From Squalus acanthias (Eukaryota), in NCBI GenBank assembly GCA_030390025.1, contig CM059446.1, positions 25,420,001 through 25,484,000 of the forward strand: DNA of 64,000 bases, read 5' to 3'. Under the pieces are notes generated by a model. The model made no database searches and was not told the DNA's origin. It saw only the letters and a program-made list of their open reading frames with translations. The translations under genes were made by a program, and so were the position numbers. Below, in pieces: positions 48,831 through 61,020 of the stretch; position 1 is the stretch's first letter, and each line of letters starts with the position of its first letter.

Positions 48831-51584
48831 TTCCCATCGCTTTAAATAAAAAAGCTTCACCCGGCCGGACTAGCGAATCTGGGATCATGCTGGAATGCAA
48901 ACATGTTTAACAGTAATGGAGATGGCTTGTTCTGTGAATGCACACTTTGTCTTAAGTTCAGAGTGAGGTTCAACCATGTGAAACCGCACACCGCGCACTG
49001 AAAAATCACCAGCTCACTCCGACCTAAACACACACATCTCCAGCGTAAAACTCGCTAAACTATTCCCCACCAGCCGCTATTGGGACCAAAACTATTTCTG
49101 TTGATAAGAATATAGACTGACAACTTTTAGAAAGCCTGGGTTTTTTCCTGTTAAAAAGATAGCTTTCAGATCGTCCAGCACCTGCCCGTAACCTCTCCGA
49201 ATTAACAGCAGTGCCTGAAGCCTGATTTTAACAAGATCGACCGCCAGTCCCGCGGATTCATTCCGAAATTATTGAAATTGGACAAATAGAGAAATCCTTA
49301 AAGAAGTATATAGAAAACTTCTCAGTCGGCGCAGACGGATTTCGGCCCAGTCCTCCAAGATTTAATATCTGCACCACTGGGTGTTCCGTTTCCCCTTTCT
49401 CTGGGCTTTACTTTTGATCTCTGGGTGGTGACCCGTCTGAATTCCCTTTGATTAATCTGCAGACATCTCACCGAACCGAAATCGTTGCCCCCTTTCAGCG
49501 TCCTCTGATATTCCACTAATATCATTACACCGGCAATTCAAGCCAAAGGGACTCCTTACATTTTGTCACACACAGCGAATTCTATCTAAAATTGTTTAAA
49601 TTTCTACCTTGGCAAATCCACACTTTTACAACAACTTGTATTAAAATAGCGCCTTCAGTGTAGTAAAACGCCCCGAGGCCAGGAGCGTTGTCAGGCAACA
49701 TTAGGATGTTTTAATTTTTTTTGGAACTTTTCTTTCTGTGTGAAACTCTTGCTAGACTGGCGGAAGTCGGAATTGGGGAAAGATAAATACATTATTGTCC
49801 CTTGCCTCTGATTTTATTCTTGAATGAGTGGAGAAGGAAAAGCTAGTCGGATTGCCTCGGCTTCTCCACAACTCTCACAGAGTATATTGTAAAATACAAA
49901 CTAACAGTAGTTAGGGAGCAGTGTCGGCTCCCAGGGTTTAATGTACACCTCATACCCGTGACGGAAAATATCCGTTTGTGATTAGATTAAAACGAGTTCA
50001 ATAGATCCGCTTTTATACAGAGAAGGAAAAAAAATCAATTCTATTTATTTTCGTGTCTGCAAGTTGCACTTCTTCAAGTGGCTAACAGGTGTTTGTAACA
50101 ACAGTTCACCAACACTTATTTTTGGAGGGGGTCTTGCTCCGGATTTTAGACTGGGATTTTGCATCCTCGGGTGTACAGTAAAGTGTAATCTCCCTTCCCC
50201 TTCCCTCTCTAACCAGCCGAGCCTCCAGTCACCCACCACCCCGGGGCTATCGCTGTTGCACATCCGCGACCAGACCGTCGCTAAACTCTCAACAATCCCG
50301 GCCTTGTAACGTTTAGAAAAGCATTGCATTTCCCCCCCTTTCTCTCTTAAATTTCAAACGTTAAAAATCACTGAGATTGGATGTGTTAAAACAAAAAGTT
50401 TAAAAAAAAATCGCATTTGAAAATGCATCCTGTTTTATCGATCAGTTACAACATGACAAGGTGCATTTCGAAGGAGGTTGTGCTTAGAAGAAGGGAATGT
50501 GGAAGAGAGAGAGAGAGAGAGAGTGCCATGGCACACGCTGCTGGACTGTAGTAATGAACTTTGCTTGGAGTGTTCTGCTTTTTAGTGCTGGCATCAGCAT
50601 TACATTTTAATGAGATCTTTGGAGATCCGGGGCAAGCGTTTCACGGGAAATTTCAGTGTGTGTTTAAAAAAATAAGGCTGGAAAAAATTCATTTCATGCA
50701 CCGTGGTCGCTCATAAGGGCAATTCGAACAGCTTCCAACATACGTGTGTGATACATTCTAAGTGTGGATTAATCGCATTAGAGAACGTTTGTAAAACTTT
50801 TCAGCTTCAATTAAATTGGAGTGGGGTTGAAAGAAATCGAGTTGGCTGCGGGGGCTGGTGTTTATACAGAAGATTAGAATGCAGAAATACAATTAAATGT
50901 ATTTTTTTCGCCTTAATGAAAGGGCGTTGCTTTGCAGTGTTGGCTTTTAATTCAATATACACCGATTATCTCAGATCATTACATTGGCAAGTACACATTG
51001 TAGTTAAACGCTCTCCCTGCATGAATTTTTAAAGATTACAACTAGACAAGGCTTCACTCTGTTGTTGCATTACAGTCAGGAATTAGAACCAAGCGGCTGG
51101 TGGCCATTAAAAAAAACAAGTCCTTCTTTCGATGCTATTGATCCCGACTCAAAGCAATTTTAATATTTCTTCAGGGAATTTTCCGCAACGGCCAGCTCAT
51201 TAATTCACCCTTCTAAATTGCTTATTCAATATCCACGACATGGATTCCGAATAAAGTCGGTGAATTTATGTGGCTGGCGCGAGTCAATAGGTCAAATAAC
51301 AGTTATGGAGGAATTTGAAAATCCAAATAAAATATTGATACATGTTTTTTGATAAGTCCTGTAGCTTTCGTCGTGTAGCCCCAAGGACATTACTAGGGAG
51401 ATTGTGGGCGATCTTGTGGCCATTAAAATCAATGAGTGTTTGATGTATATTGACTTGTTTTTATATGAACTCCTACCAAGGATCCCAAGTGTTAGAGGTC
51501 ACGCAGTAACATGGAGGGGGAAAAAGTCAGCTTTAAAACATTATAGAGGGAACAGAGTTGAGAAGAATGTATTTAAAGCGAGCT

Positions 51585-51950
51585 CTCCCCATGGTTTAGC
51601 TGGTAAAGGGTCCTGTAAAACTGCTGTGGTGTGTTAGCCGACCTCAAGCCAGGCTGCTATGGGTAGGGGCTGCCGCAAATTGGCCTCGGGGCCCTGGGCT
51701 AGCAATGAGGGGCATGAAACCTGAGCTCCTGCTCCTGATCACAATGCCCCACACTGGACAGTGCGCGAGTCCCTCGAGGACAGGGCAACAAGGCACGGCG
51801 GCGAAACCCCCATGGAAGAATAGCCCGGTGTGACATTCACTGCCAAGGGTCGCGCATTGAGGCAGGGCCACTTGGTCGAGAAACGGGAGGCTGACGGGAC
51901 CAAAGGGGCCCGTCTCCGAGTGACAGTCAATATCTTGGGGAGGGGAAGGG
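51585..51950 (+). mobile_element. GC-rich copy of the old SINE-like family in intron 3
   Basis: GTTAGCCGACCTC...AATTGGCCTCGGGGCCCTGGGCTAG...CTCCTGCTCCTGATC parallels the reverse complements of 55140-55250 and 12940-12980. Confidence 0.5.
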
Positions 51951-52727
51951 GTAGCAAAGGCGAAACAGGCCGGGGAGGGTCACAATAACAAAAGGATATG
52001 CCATTATTTAACAAAACATTAGCGTGTCTCTGTCTTGTGTTAATTAATTTACAAACCCCAAACTCTTTCATTGAGAAGGGAGGATTCTACACATTTCAAA
52101 CATTTTGATTCCCCCCCTACCCCCGTTTAATTATTAACTGGATGGTTTTACAATCCATTGCGCCAAACACTGTGAGAAATAAGCTTTTATATTCCCTTAA
52201 AAATTGCATTTTTTTGGTAAAAAGAATTGCTGGAATAAATCGCTATATAAAAAGAATAACTTTTTTTACACGACTGTAGGGAGCCTGTTATCATTCAGAA
52301 GCAAGTACTACTGTCCCCACAGTCGCTCTTTCTTGGCTCAGAATGATAACAGGCCCGCACACGATCAGCTTAAAATTCATTGGGAGCGAACCCCTTTCAA
52401 AGTGTCATTAGTACAGGGGATCCTGTGATAGGACAAGGCTTGCGAGCAGCATTACAGCACTATTGCATTCCTGTCACAAATAATTTATAGCTTTCCATTT
52501 GCATTACCGGGCTTGCAACTAATTCCCAACTTTTCTCCAGCCTCGGATCAATTAAATCACATCCTTTTCGCCCAGCACCAGGCGCCTCACGCAGCCTTGA
52601 CTCTGGGAGTTCTGCCTGGGGAGCCTCGGCTCCTTACACGCCAGACAACTAGATTATCCGCGGCCAGGTAGAATCAGTCGCCCTGATCATTGAGGTGAAT
52701 TGATGTGATTTCATGGTTTGTTTGCAG

Positions 52728-52813
52728 GATCATTCGGACCAAAGTGCAGCAGCCCTTCCACCCCTCACCGGATGGACCTGCGACAGCAGTCACTGCACCA
52801 GGCCACACAATAG
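52728..52813 (+). CDS. PAX2: Pax2 exon 4, 86 nt
   Basis: [28 protein letters not shown] (Pax2-type, unlike Pax5/Pax8); TTTGCAG acceptor, TAG|GTAAGA donor; phases consistent. Confidence 0.96.
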
Positions 52814-52979
52814 GTAAGAGAGCAAACAGACCTGGGAAGAAATGCCAATCATTTCACGTGTATCGAATTTAACCCCTTTTTCACCAACATAACCCTATAC
52901 ACGCTGGCTCTGCCGTTTTATGTTTAGCAGAAGTACAGAGTGCGCGTTGTTTGGCTGCACACGTTTATAGCGTGAAACC

Positions 52980-53515
52980 ATTCTGGGCACCACACTTTAG
53001 GAAGGATGTCAAGGATTTAGAGAGAATGTAGAGGAGGGTTACCAGAACGGTACCAGGGATGCAGGACTTCAGTTAAGTGGGGAGACTGGAGAAGCTGGGG
53101 TTGTTCTCCTTTGAGCAGAGAAGGTTAAGACGAGATTTGATAGAGGTGTTCAAAATTACGAAGGGTTTTGATAGAGTAACTAAGGAGAAGCTGCTTCCAG
53201 TGGCAGAAGGGTCGGTAACCAGAGGACACAGATTTAAGGTAATTGGCAAAAGAACCAGAGGGGAGATGAGAATAAAAATTTTTACGCAGCGAGTTATTAT
53301 GATCTGGAATGCGCTGCCTGAAAGGGCGGTAGAAGCAGATTCAATAGTGGCTTTCAAAAGGAAATTGGATAAATACTTGAAGGCAAAAAATTTGCAGGGC
53401 TACGGGGAAAAGGCAGGTACGTGGAACGAATTGAATAGCTCTTTCAAAGAGCTGGCACAGGCACGATGGGTTGAATGGCCTCCTTCTGTGCTGTGTCATT
53501 CTATAATTCTATACA
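52980..53515 (+). mobile_element. CR1 3' fragment in intron 4
   Basis: FWAPHFRKDV...RRLRRDLIEVFKITKG...TRGHRFK...WNALPE, with in-frame stops and a TTCTATAA tail. Confidence 0.9.
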
Positions 53516-53839
53516 GACACTGATACTTTATAACGAAAATGTGTGATACAATTTAAAAAGAGATAGCTGCACAGGCCAGTAAAGTTAGCGAGAGCCATCA
53601 ATGCACAATGCTTCATAGATATGCTTAATATATATATGCACCCATCTGCATAACATATCCCCTGTAAAAACGATCTTAACTCTTAAATGCACAAAGATAC
53701 CCAATTGCTTTGTAAAAACAGGAATGCACTTAACCCTATGAATACTGCATGGCCTTTTAGCTTTTAAAAGCTGGTCATTATGTTTTTACATTTTACAATT
53801 AAAATCAAACTGTGATTGGTTTGTGGTCATCAAGAAAAA

Positions 53840-54365
53840 AAGTCTTGTATTCATATAACACCTTATCAAAGCACTTTGCATTCAATGAATTACTTTGAAG
53901 TGCGGTAGCTGTTACAATATAGGTGAATGTGGTGGCCATTTTGCATCTGGAAACTCCCACAAACAGCAATGAGATTAATGATCAGTTGAGGGTTGAATCT
54001 TGGTTAGCGTTCCCTCAGATACTGCCGCAGCACCTTGAACAGGATTCAGGGTCTCGGTTTAACATCTCATCCAAAGGACGGCACTTCTGACAATGCAGCA
54101 CTCCCTATGCACTGCGCTGGAGCGTCAGTCTAGACTCTGGGGTGGAATTTCTGCGGGAGTTCTGCCGGTCGCTCACTGTAATCAATAGAAACCCCAGAGG
54201 ATTGGTGTAAATGGCTGTTGACACAGTTTCTGCGGCATTTCTGCCGATCTTCCAGTGAAGGTCAGGCGAGAGATCGGGAGTACTCCCACGGATATTACTG
54301 GCGCAGGTGCTTAAATTCTGCAGTGGGTCTAACCTGGAGGTGAGAGTGTTATACTCGGTGTACTA
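53840..54365 (-). mobile_element. Diverged SacSINE1-like SINE carrying an inserted palindromic MITE (about 54138-54305)
   Basis: Colinear with 5191-5660 on both sides of an insert with inverted ends GGAATTTCTGCGGGAGTTCTGCCGGTC / GATCGGGAGTACTCCCACGGATATTAC. Confidence 0.7.
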
Positions 54366-55014
54366 AGCTGCCAGCAGCACTTTCTGTACCAGTGGGACAT
54401 TTTCCATTTCTCACACCCGCCGTACTTGTGACCTCTTGAATGAAATTGCCAATTCATGGTAAACAATGGGGAGCTTACTGTTGTGGATTCACAGTCACCA
54501 GGAAGCAGAGCTCATTTTGTACAGTTATTAGAGGAGATTTTAACCCTCTCTTCCTGGGCTGGGTTCAATGGCAAGTCCCAGAGGTGAAAGGACAGCGTGA
54601 CACCCAGATCTCAAAAAGCAGAAGGGCCACTTACCCCATGTCTCTTCTTCATTTGTAAAAAGTAGATTATCTCCCAATTTGACTGTAATAATTCAGGCAA
54701 ATAATCTATGTTTGGAGTTTATCAGTCCAGGCCTTGAGACTACCATGTTTCAACACCAATAGCAGCCATCTGCAGAGGATTCTAGATCAACCAAAATAGG
54801 GGCTGCCAAAATGAGTCCTCTGGTCTAGTGTGCTTCTTGGTGAGCACAGGGGGAGGTGGCAGCTAATGTCCTGGTTTATCTATGGAATTACCCCTCTGGC
54901 ATAATAAGGTTATTCATTCCAATCCCCACCCACCCGCACAGTTCCTTCCCCCCTCCCCTGTAAGTGGGACCCGTGGCTGGGGTACAGCTCCACTGGTGCA
55001 GGAAGCCCTCAATA

Positions 55015-55325
55015 CTTCACTCAGTTGCCCATTCTTCAAAATGAGCCTAGGCACTGAGTGTCAGCAGGCTATCCAACCATGGAGGCCATCACAGCTGAGC
55101 CTGAACCCGTCCTCACCCTCTAAATGCGGTCGAGGTCAGTGATCACGAGCAGGAACCCTGGCTGAGTTTCTCCCTTTCCAGCTCAATAATGATAGGATAG
55201 ATTGTGGGACCCCTACCCAACCTTGTCTGAGATCACTTAACTCAGAAGACAGACCAGTAGTCCACCCTGGGGACCTGGTCTGTATGGCTCAGTACTACAT
55301 TAGTCAGTGCCTTTACCCAGCGGGC
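55015..55325 (-). mobile_element. Old SINE-like family copy (others at 57105-57360 +, 57660-58020 -, 59480-59700 +, 61290-61690 +, 62760-62930 +)
   Basis: Shared blocks GGCTCACACATGAAGAATGG, CATCACAGC and CCCTGGCT among the copies. Confidence 0.6.
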
Positions 55326-55727
55326 CTTTGAGGGATGTTTGTACGTTGAGGAATTCAAGGTCAACACAGCCGGGCGATGGTGGGAGTTACCTGTCTGGAC
55401 AGGGAGTGATTCTTGATAAACACGGTGAGGGCCTGCAGAAGTTAAAGCTGGGGGTCCCAATTGCTTGGCACTTGTTTTCACAGACGGTGCTCCTACTGGG
55501 AAGATTTGTAGATTATCTTGGCCGGGGTAATTGGTGTAATTTTACAGTTACAACACAGTGAGACGCCATGCATACACTCCCACAAAATGGAGCAGTTACT
55601 GACGGCAAGATCACACAGATATATTTGAACAATACAGGAATACAGCAGCCTGTAACTGAAGACAGGAGGCTGATTGTTTCACCTGTCAGTCACACTACTG
55701 TTTTTAGTCATATTGTATAATGTAAGA

Positions 55728-55915
55728 TATATATATATACACACACGCTACACATAAATACATGCACACACATATATACACACACATACATATATATTAT
55801 ATACACCATATATACAATACAAACACTATACACATGCGCATATATATACACATACGTACATATACACATCTATATTATACACACCCATATATGCTATACA
55901 CGCACGCATATATAT
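55728..55915. repeat. (CA/TA) degenerate simple repeat
   Basis: Directly visible. Confidence 0.85.
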
Positions 55916-58211
55916 AAAAAACTGTACACAAGCTTAACACATTCATGTCTGCTCTTTTAACTAAGGGCATTAACACACTGGGTTACTGTGATAGAGTAAC
56001 ATCATACGCAAGTGTTTATCTGCCAATATCACAACCAGTCACTTCTGGCCTCTATTTTATGTGACGTGTTTTAAAATAAAGCAAGTCTAGTGAGGTTGGG
56101 GCCAGTCAGCAACCTCAATATGAACTTGGCAACGTCGAGTGGGGGTCAGGGGCAGCTCGGGAGAAATTAGTTGAAGGGACAGTGGCCTGGCATACTCTGA
56201 TGTCCCATTACATTGCAGCCCTGCCTCCGGAGGCAGAGAGCGCCAGCTGCCAAGCTAGCTTTGTCTCATGCCTGCGGGAACAAAGAGTAAAGTAAATGGC
56301 TGTCTTATGCATTTGGGTGGTTCTGGTGCTGTCTCCCACCATATTCTGCTGCTGCTGCTGGCTGGCTGGGCTACATTTGACCAGACCGAATTGCCTCTCA
56401 CTCCAGTCAGCTGCCCCTACTCCTGATGAGGTTCCTCCAAGGTTTGCCTGCAACGAGTGGTTGCTGAAGGACCCTGAAAATAGGAGTTAGCAAAAGATAC
56501 CTCAGTAGGGTCATATCTGCTCATAGACATGCAGAGAGAGAGAGGGTGACAGCGCGCGGACACGGTGTAAGTTTAACCTGTTCAGTGATACGACACAATT
56601 GCACAGACACGCTTATATTACCACCATGCTCCAGTTGTGATTATGTCAAATGTTGCCTATTAATTAATTATTGATAATTATTTAATTGTTTTTGCTGAAC
56701 TTCGTGCCATACGGTTAGGCCACTGAGTGTGGTCTCGCTGTGAGATGTCATTTAAGCTTAAAAAAAGAATCCCTTGCAGTTGAAACCTAAATTGAGGTTA
56801 GCGCTGGCTGGAGCTTCTTTCACGGAACCAGTGCGTGAGGGTGATAGAAAAACAATGAGCTCTCTGTTAAAGGAGACTTCCCACCTCCCAGTTTTCTCCT
56901 GTTTGCCCTCCCTCCCCTCCCCCCAGCCCTCCTTTCCCACAGACACTGGCTAATGCTGGGCCACACTTTCACAGGTGTCAGCAGCTCTCTGGCACCTTGC
57001 GAAAGTGGGGTGAGCCCATTATTTCTTTAAAATGCTTGAGCCTTGACAGTGAGTATTGGCCGGCTATTCGCCTCTGGAAGGCATCACAGCCAGATGCTTG
57101 GTCTATGGCTTCCTGGGCGGTTGTACAGCCCGGTGGGAGACTGAGCCATCCAGATCGAGAGGCCCCAGATTTAATCACTGGTTCACGACGAGTTTGCTGG
57201 TGGATTGAATTGGAGTACCTTGGGCTAGGGAGATGAAAAATCAGCCAGGGCTCCACATTCGCTGCCAAGACTCACACATGTAAGGGTGGCCACATGGGCC
57301 AGGTACTGGAGGACTTTCAGTACCCATGCCACTGTAGCCATCCAGGATTAGGGAGAAAATTACTTGACCTATGAACATAGGCAGTCTAGCTGAATGAACT
57401 ATGCTGCTTTTAGTGCCCTTATATGGTTGCGTGAATGATCACTGCATAGGGCAAAGCCAGTCATCTCTCTGAAACCCAATAACATATTGTTTGCTTCAAA
57501 CCCCTATTAATTATAATATTTTCAGTTTCATTGTCAGAGATTCAATGTACAGACTGAGATGACGCACTTCCTTTTTAATTACAATTTTTCTTTTTCCCAA
57601 TTTTGTCTCCACGTTCCCACCAGATGTTTCCACTCAGTGGGCTGCAGATCTCTGGGGAACCAGCTGCCCTCCAATACCTTGCTCGAGTGGCCTTTATTCA
57701 CGTCTGAGCCTTGACAGTGAGTATTGGCCGGCTATTCGTCTCTGGAAGGTATCACAGCCGAATCCGATCCTATCCTCACTCAGCATTCACCTAACATGCA
57801 TTTTCCGGGAGAGGTCACTGGACAGCAATCAGGCGTGCGTGGGTACCCTGGCTAATTCCCCCCCCCCTCCCTAATTCAGCGACACTGCGAACAACTGAAG
57901 CCCCCTAACACTGCCCAACTAACCATCAATTAACTCAGTACGGACAGGGAATAGAACCTGAAACCTCCTAGCCTGTTTGTCTTAATATTACATCAGGAGG
58001 TGCTCCTATCCACTTGGCAATACGCAAATTATTTTTGGTTATTCTCCATGCTGATTAGCCTCTTGGTTTATGAGTGTTATAGAATGTTGTTCATTCTCGT
58101 TTATAACCATTACATGCTCAGCTGGCTTTGCCAAACCAGGTTGTAGAGCATAGCAGGTTAAAGTGTTGAGTGTGCTGTGAAAACACAACTTTAAAAAAAA
58201 TATATAATTGA

Positions 58212-58385
<174 letters not shown>

Positions 58386-58934
58386 TAGGGCAGCTAGTGT
58401 TTCTGGCACAGTGACCGCGTGCTGCCCATCTGCTCTGTAATCATCTTCTAGTTTACACAGGGTTCAGGCTGTTGGCTTCAGCTAGTCTGCAGATGGGGTT
58501 TAATGTTTATTATAGAATTCGGTTCTGCGATCGGGTTTGTGTAATGTGATCGGCTGCGAGGTGTTGGTCATTAAGGCTGCATGGTTGGAGCTCCGTGCGG
58601 GGGCCTGTACTTCTAGTAATGGGAATTTCAAGCTCATACCTCCGTGTGCTCTTGCAGTGGTGGATGGCAGTCGCACCTCACCCGCTTACAGAAGTGGGCG
58701 CTTTCCGTTGGTGGCACATATTGGTGCTTTTGTGTGGGAATATTGACGTGTTACATCCGTGAAGGAGTTAAGTGTATTCCCTGTCTTGTGAGGAGATAAA
58801 TCTGCTTGGTCGCTGTGATCTCTGCTGAGAGAGAGAGTAAAGGAGGTGTTCAAGCGGCGTTAACCCTCTGGGTGCTGGAAGATTGTGTCAACTGTTGTGC
58901 ATCTTTTTTTCTGTAAGAGTTGTTGTGTAAGAAC

Positions 58935-59128
58935 AGGGCGGTGGATACAGATTCAATAGTAGCCTTCAAAAGGAAATTGGATAAATACTTGAAGGACAAA
59001 AAATTGCAGGGATATGGGGAAAGGGCGGGGGAGTGGGACTAACTGGATTGCTCTTCGAAAGAGCCGACTCGATGGGCCAAATGGTCTCCTTCTGTGTTGT
59101 ACTATTCTATGATTCTATGATTCTATAA
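58935..59128 (+). mobile_element. CR1 3' end in intron 5
   Basis: Matches 53322-53510; (ATTCTATG)n tail. Confidence 0.85.
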
Positions 59129-60594
59129 TTGCAAAAGGGTTTTCTCCATAACTTCCTAAATGTGAATATCAAAGTAAATGAACACAAGTTATGTTACGCA
59201 TTTCCTGAGCCATTCTTCCACTAGTCTTTAAGCATCATTTCAAACACAGTAATCAAGAGTGGCAATTTGCACAGATGAAATTAATCAACAAAGTTATATT
59301 ATTCATGAAAACATTTCAACACACCAGTGAACCCCACTGTGCATCACCCAAGAAAACTTAGAAATATCTTTAACACCTTGCCGTATAAAGTCCCATTAAT
59401 GACACAAAGGTGCTTGCAATAGAAAGCGTCGCCTGTTGTGAGCAGTCGCCCTGAGTTAAGAAAGGGCAACATTAGCCTGCTCCTGGTCACCATCCAATGA
59501 CTCTTGCTGAAATTGGATATTGGAGGACTTGATCAGACTCGGCCCTGGTGTTGCCCGTGCCTGGTCGCCTGCCGACACTTACTGCCAAGGCTTACACATG
59601 AAGAATGGGCAGTCGAGTGAGGTACTGGAGGGCATTCAGCCGCAGTTAAACCAACTTCTGAACATGAGTCAGCACCTTCAGGACAGGAGGAGATAAAAGG
59701 GCACAATTTTGGAAAATAAAATGTTGACAAATCTTGTGAACAGCTGGCGTTTCACACCTCCACATTCCTGTCATCTCATAACGCCCTCCTCTACACTCAG
59801 AGCTCAGAATATTCCTTCAGTCTCAAGGGTTCAGAAAATGGGATCTTCCACAATATTGAGCTTTAGTCACAGGGAGGTGACTCCAGGTTGTGGAGGGTTG
59901 AGTTCTCTCCATTATTTTGTATTGAGAAACCCAGGTGAAGGATCAAGGGCCACAGTGCAGGTCATCATCAAGACTGAAAGAAATGGGGGACAAGACCAAT
60001 GAAGTCAAGAAATAGGAATTCGATGGCACCAAGCTTGGATTTTAAAATGGTGTTTGACTGTAGGAAGAGAGAAGGTTTCAGTGAGCTAGGGAGTTCTGCA
60101 GCTGTGAATTCTGGGGATAAATGAGTTAAATTAGGAGATTGTTTGATGTTGCTGGGAGAAAACATGTCTGTATTTTGGAGAATACCAATGCAACCTCCCC
60201 TGTCATCTTCTCAGCTTGTTGATGATTTTCTAATAACTCAAAATCATTGATTATTTACTATGTGTATCCAAGAGCTTGTAAGAAATGCTTTCAGAAACAA
60301 TCATTTCTCTTTTTTATAAGATGATATATGTATCCTTGTTACATAAGATAAAGTATTGTTTTAAAATGTTGTGAGGTTTTGGATCCTCTCGATTGCGATA
60401 TGGACGAGGTTCACACAATGCATTTTAGAAATAGGTGTGGCAACATAATTATAGTGTAATTCTGTATGCTCTAGCAGGTTCATCATGGTGTTAAAAACAT
60501 TGCACAGTCTTGCAACTGTGCTGATATATTTAAGATGCCAAAGTATTTAAGGTAGCTTGACGATCACAGAGAAGGGTATCTCTTTCCGGCAGTC

Positions 60595-61020
60595 TGGTAC
60601 CTCTCGGTCCGTCGATAAACTCAATTTTAAAATTTTAATCCTTGTTTTCAATTCTTTCCATGGCCTCGTCCCTCCCTATCTCTTGTAACCTCCTCCAGCC
60701 CTACAACCCTCCGAGATCTCTGCATTCCACCTATTCTGGTCTCTTGCGCATCCCCGATTTTCATCGCCCCTCCATTGGTGGCCGTGCCTTCAGCTGCCAG
60801 GGCCCTAAGTTCTGGAATTCCCTCCCTAAACCTCTCCGCCTCGCTACCTCTCTCTCCTCCTTTAGATGCTACTTAAAACCTATTTCTTTGACCAAGGTTT
60901 TGGTCACCAGTCCTAATATGTGGTTTGGTGTCAAATTTTGTTTGATAACGCTCCTGTGAAGCGCCTTGGGATGTTTTACTACGTTAACGGGGCTATATAA
61001 ATGCAAGTTGTTGTTGTTAT
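60595..61020 (+). mobile_element. L2 LINE 3' fragment
   Basis: PYNPPRSLHS...IGGRAFSCQGPKFWNSLP (L2 ORF2 C-terminus). Tail GTGAAGCGCCTTGGGATG...CTATATAAATGCAAG(TTG)n. Confidence 0.85.
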
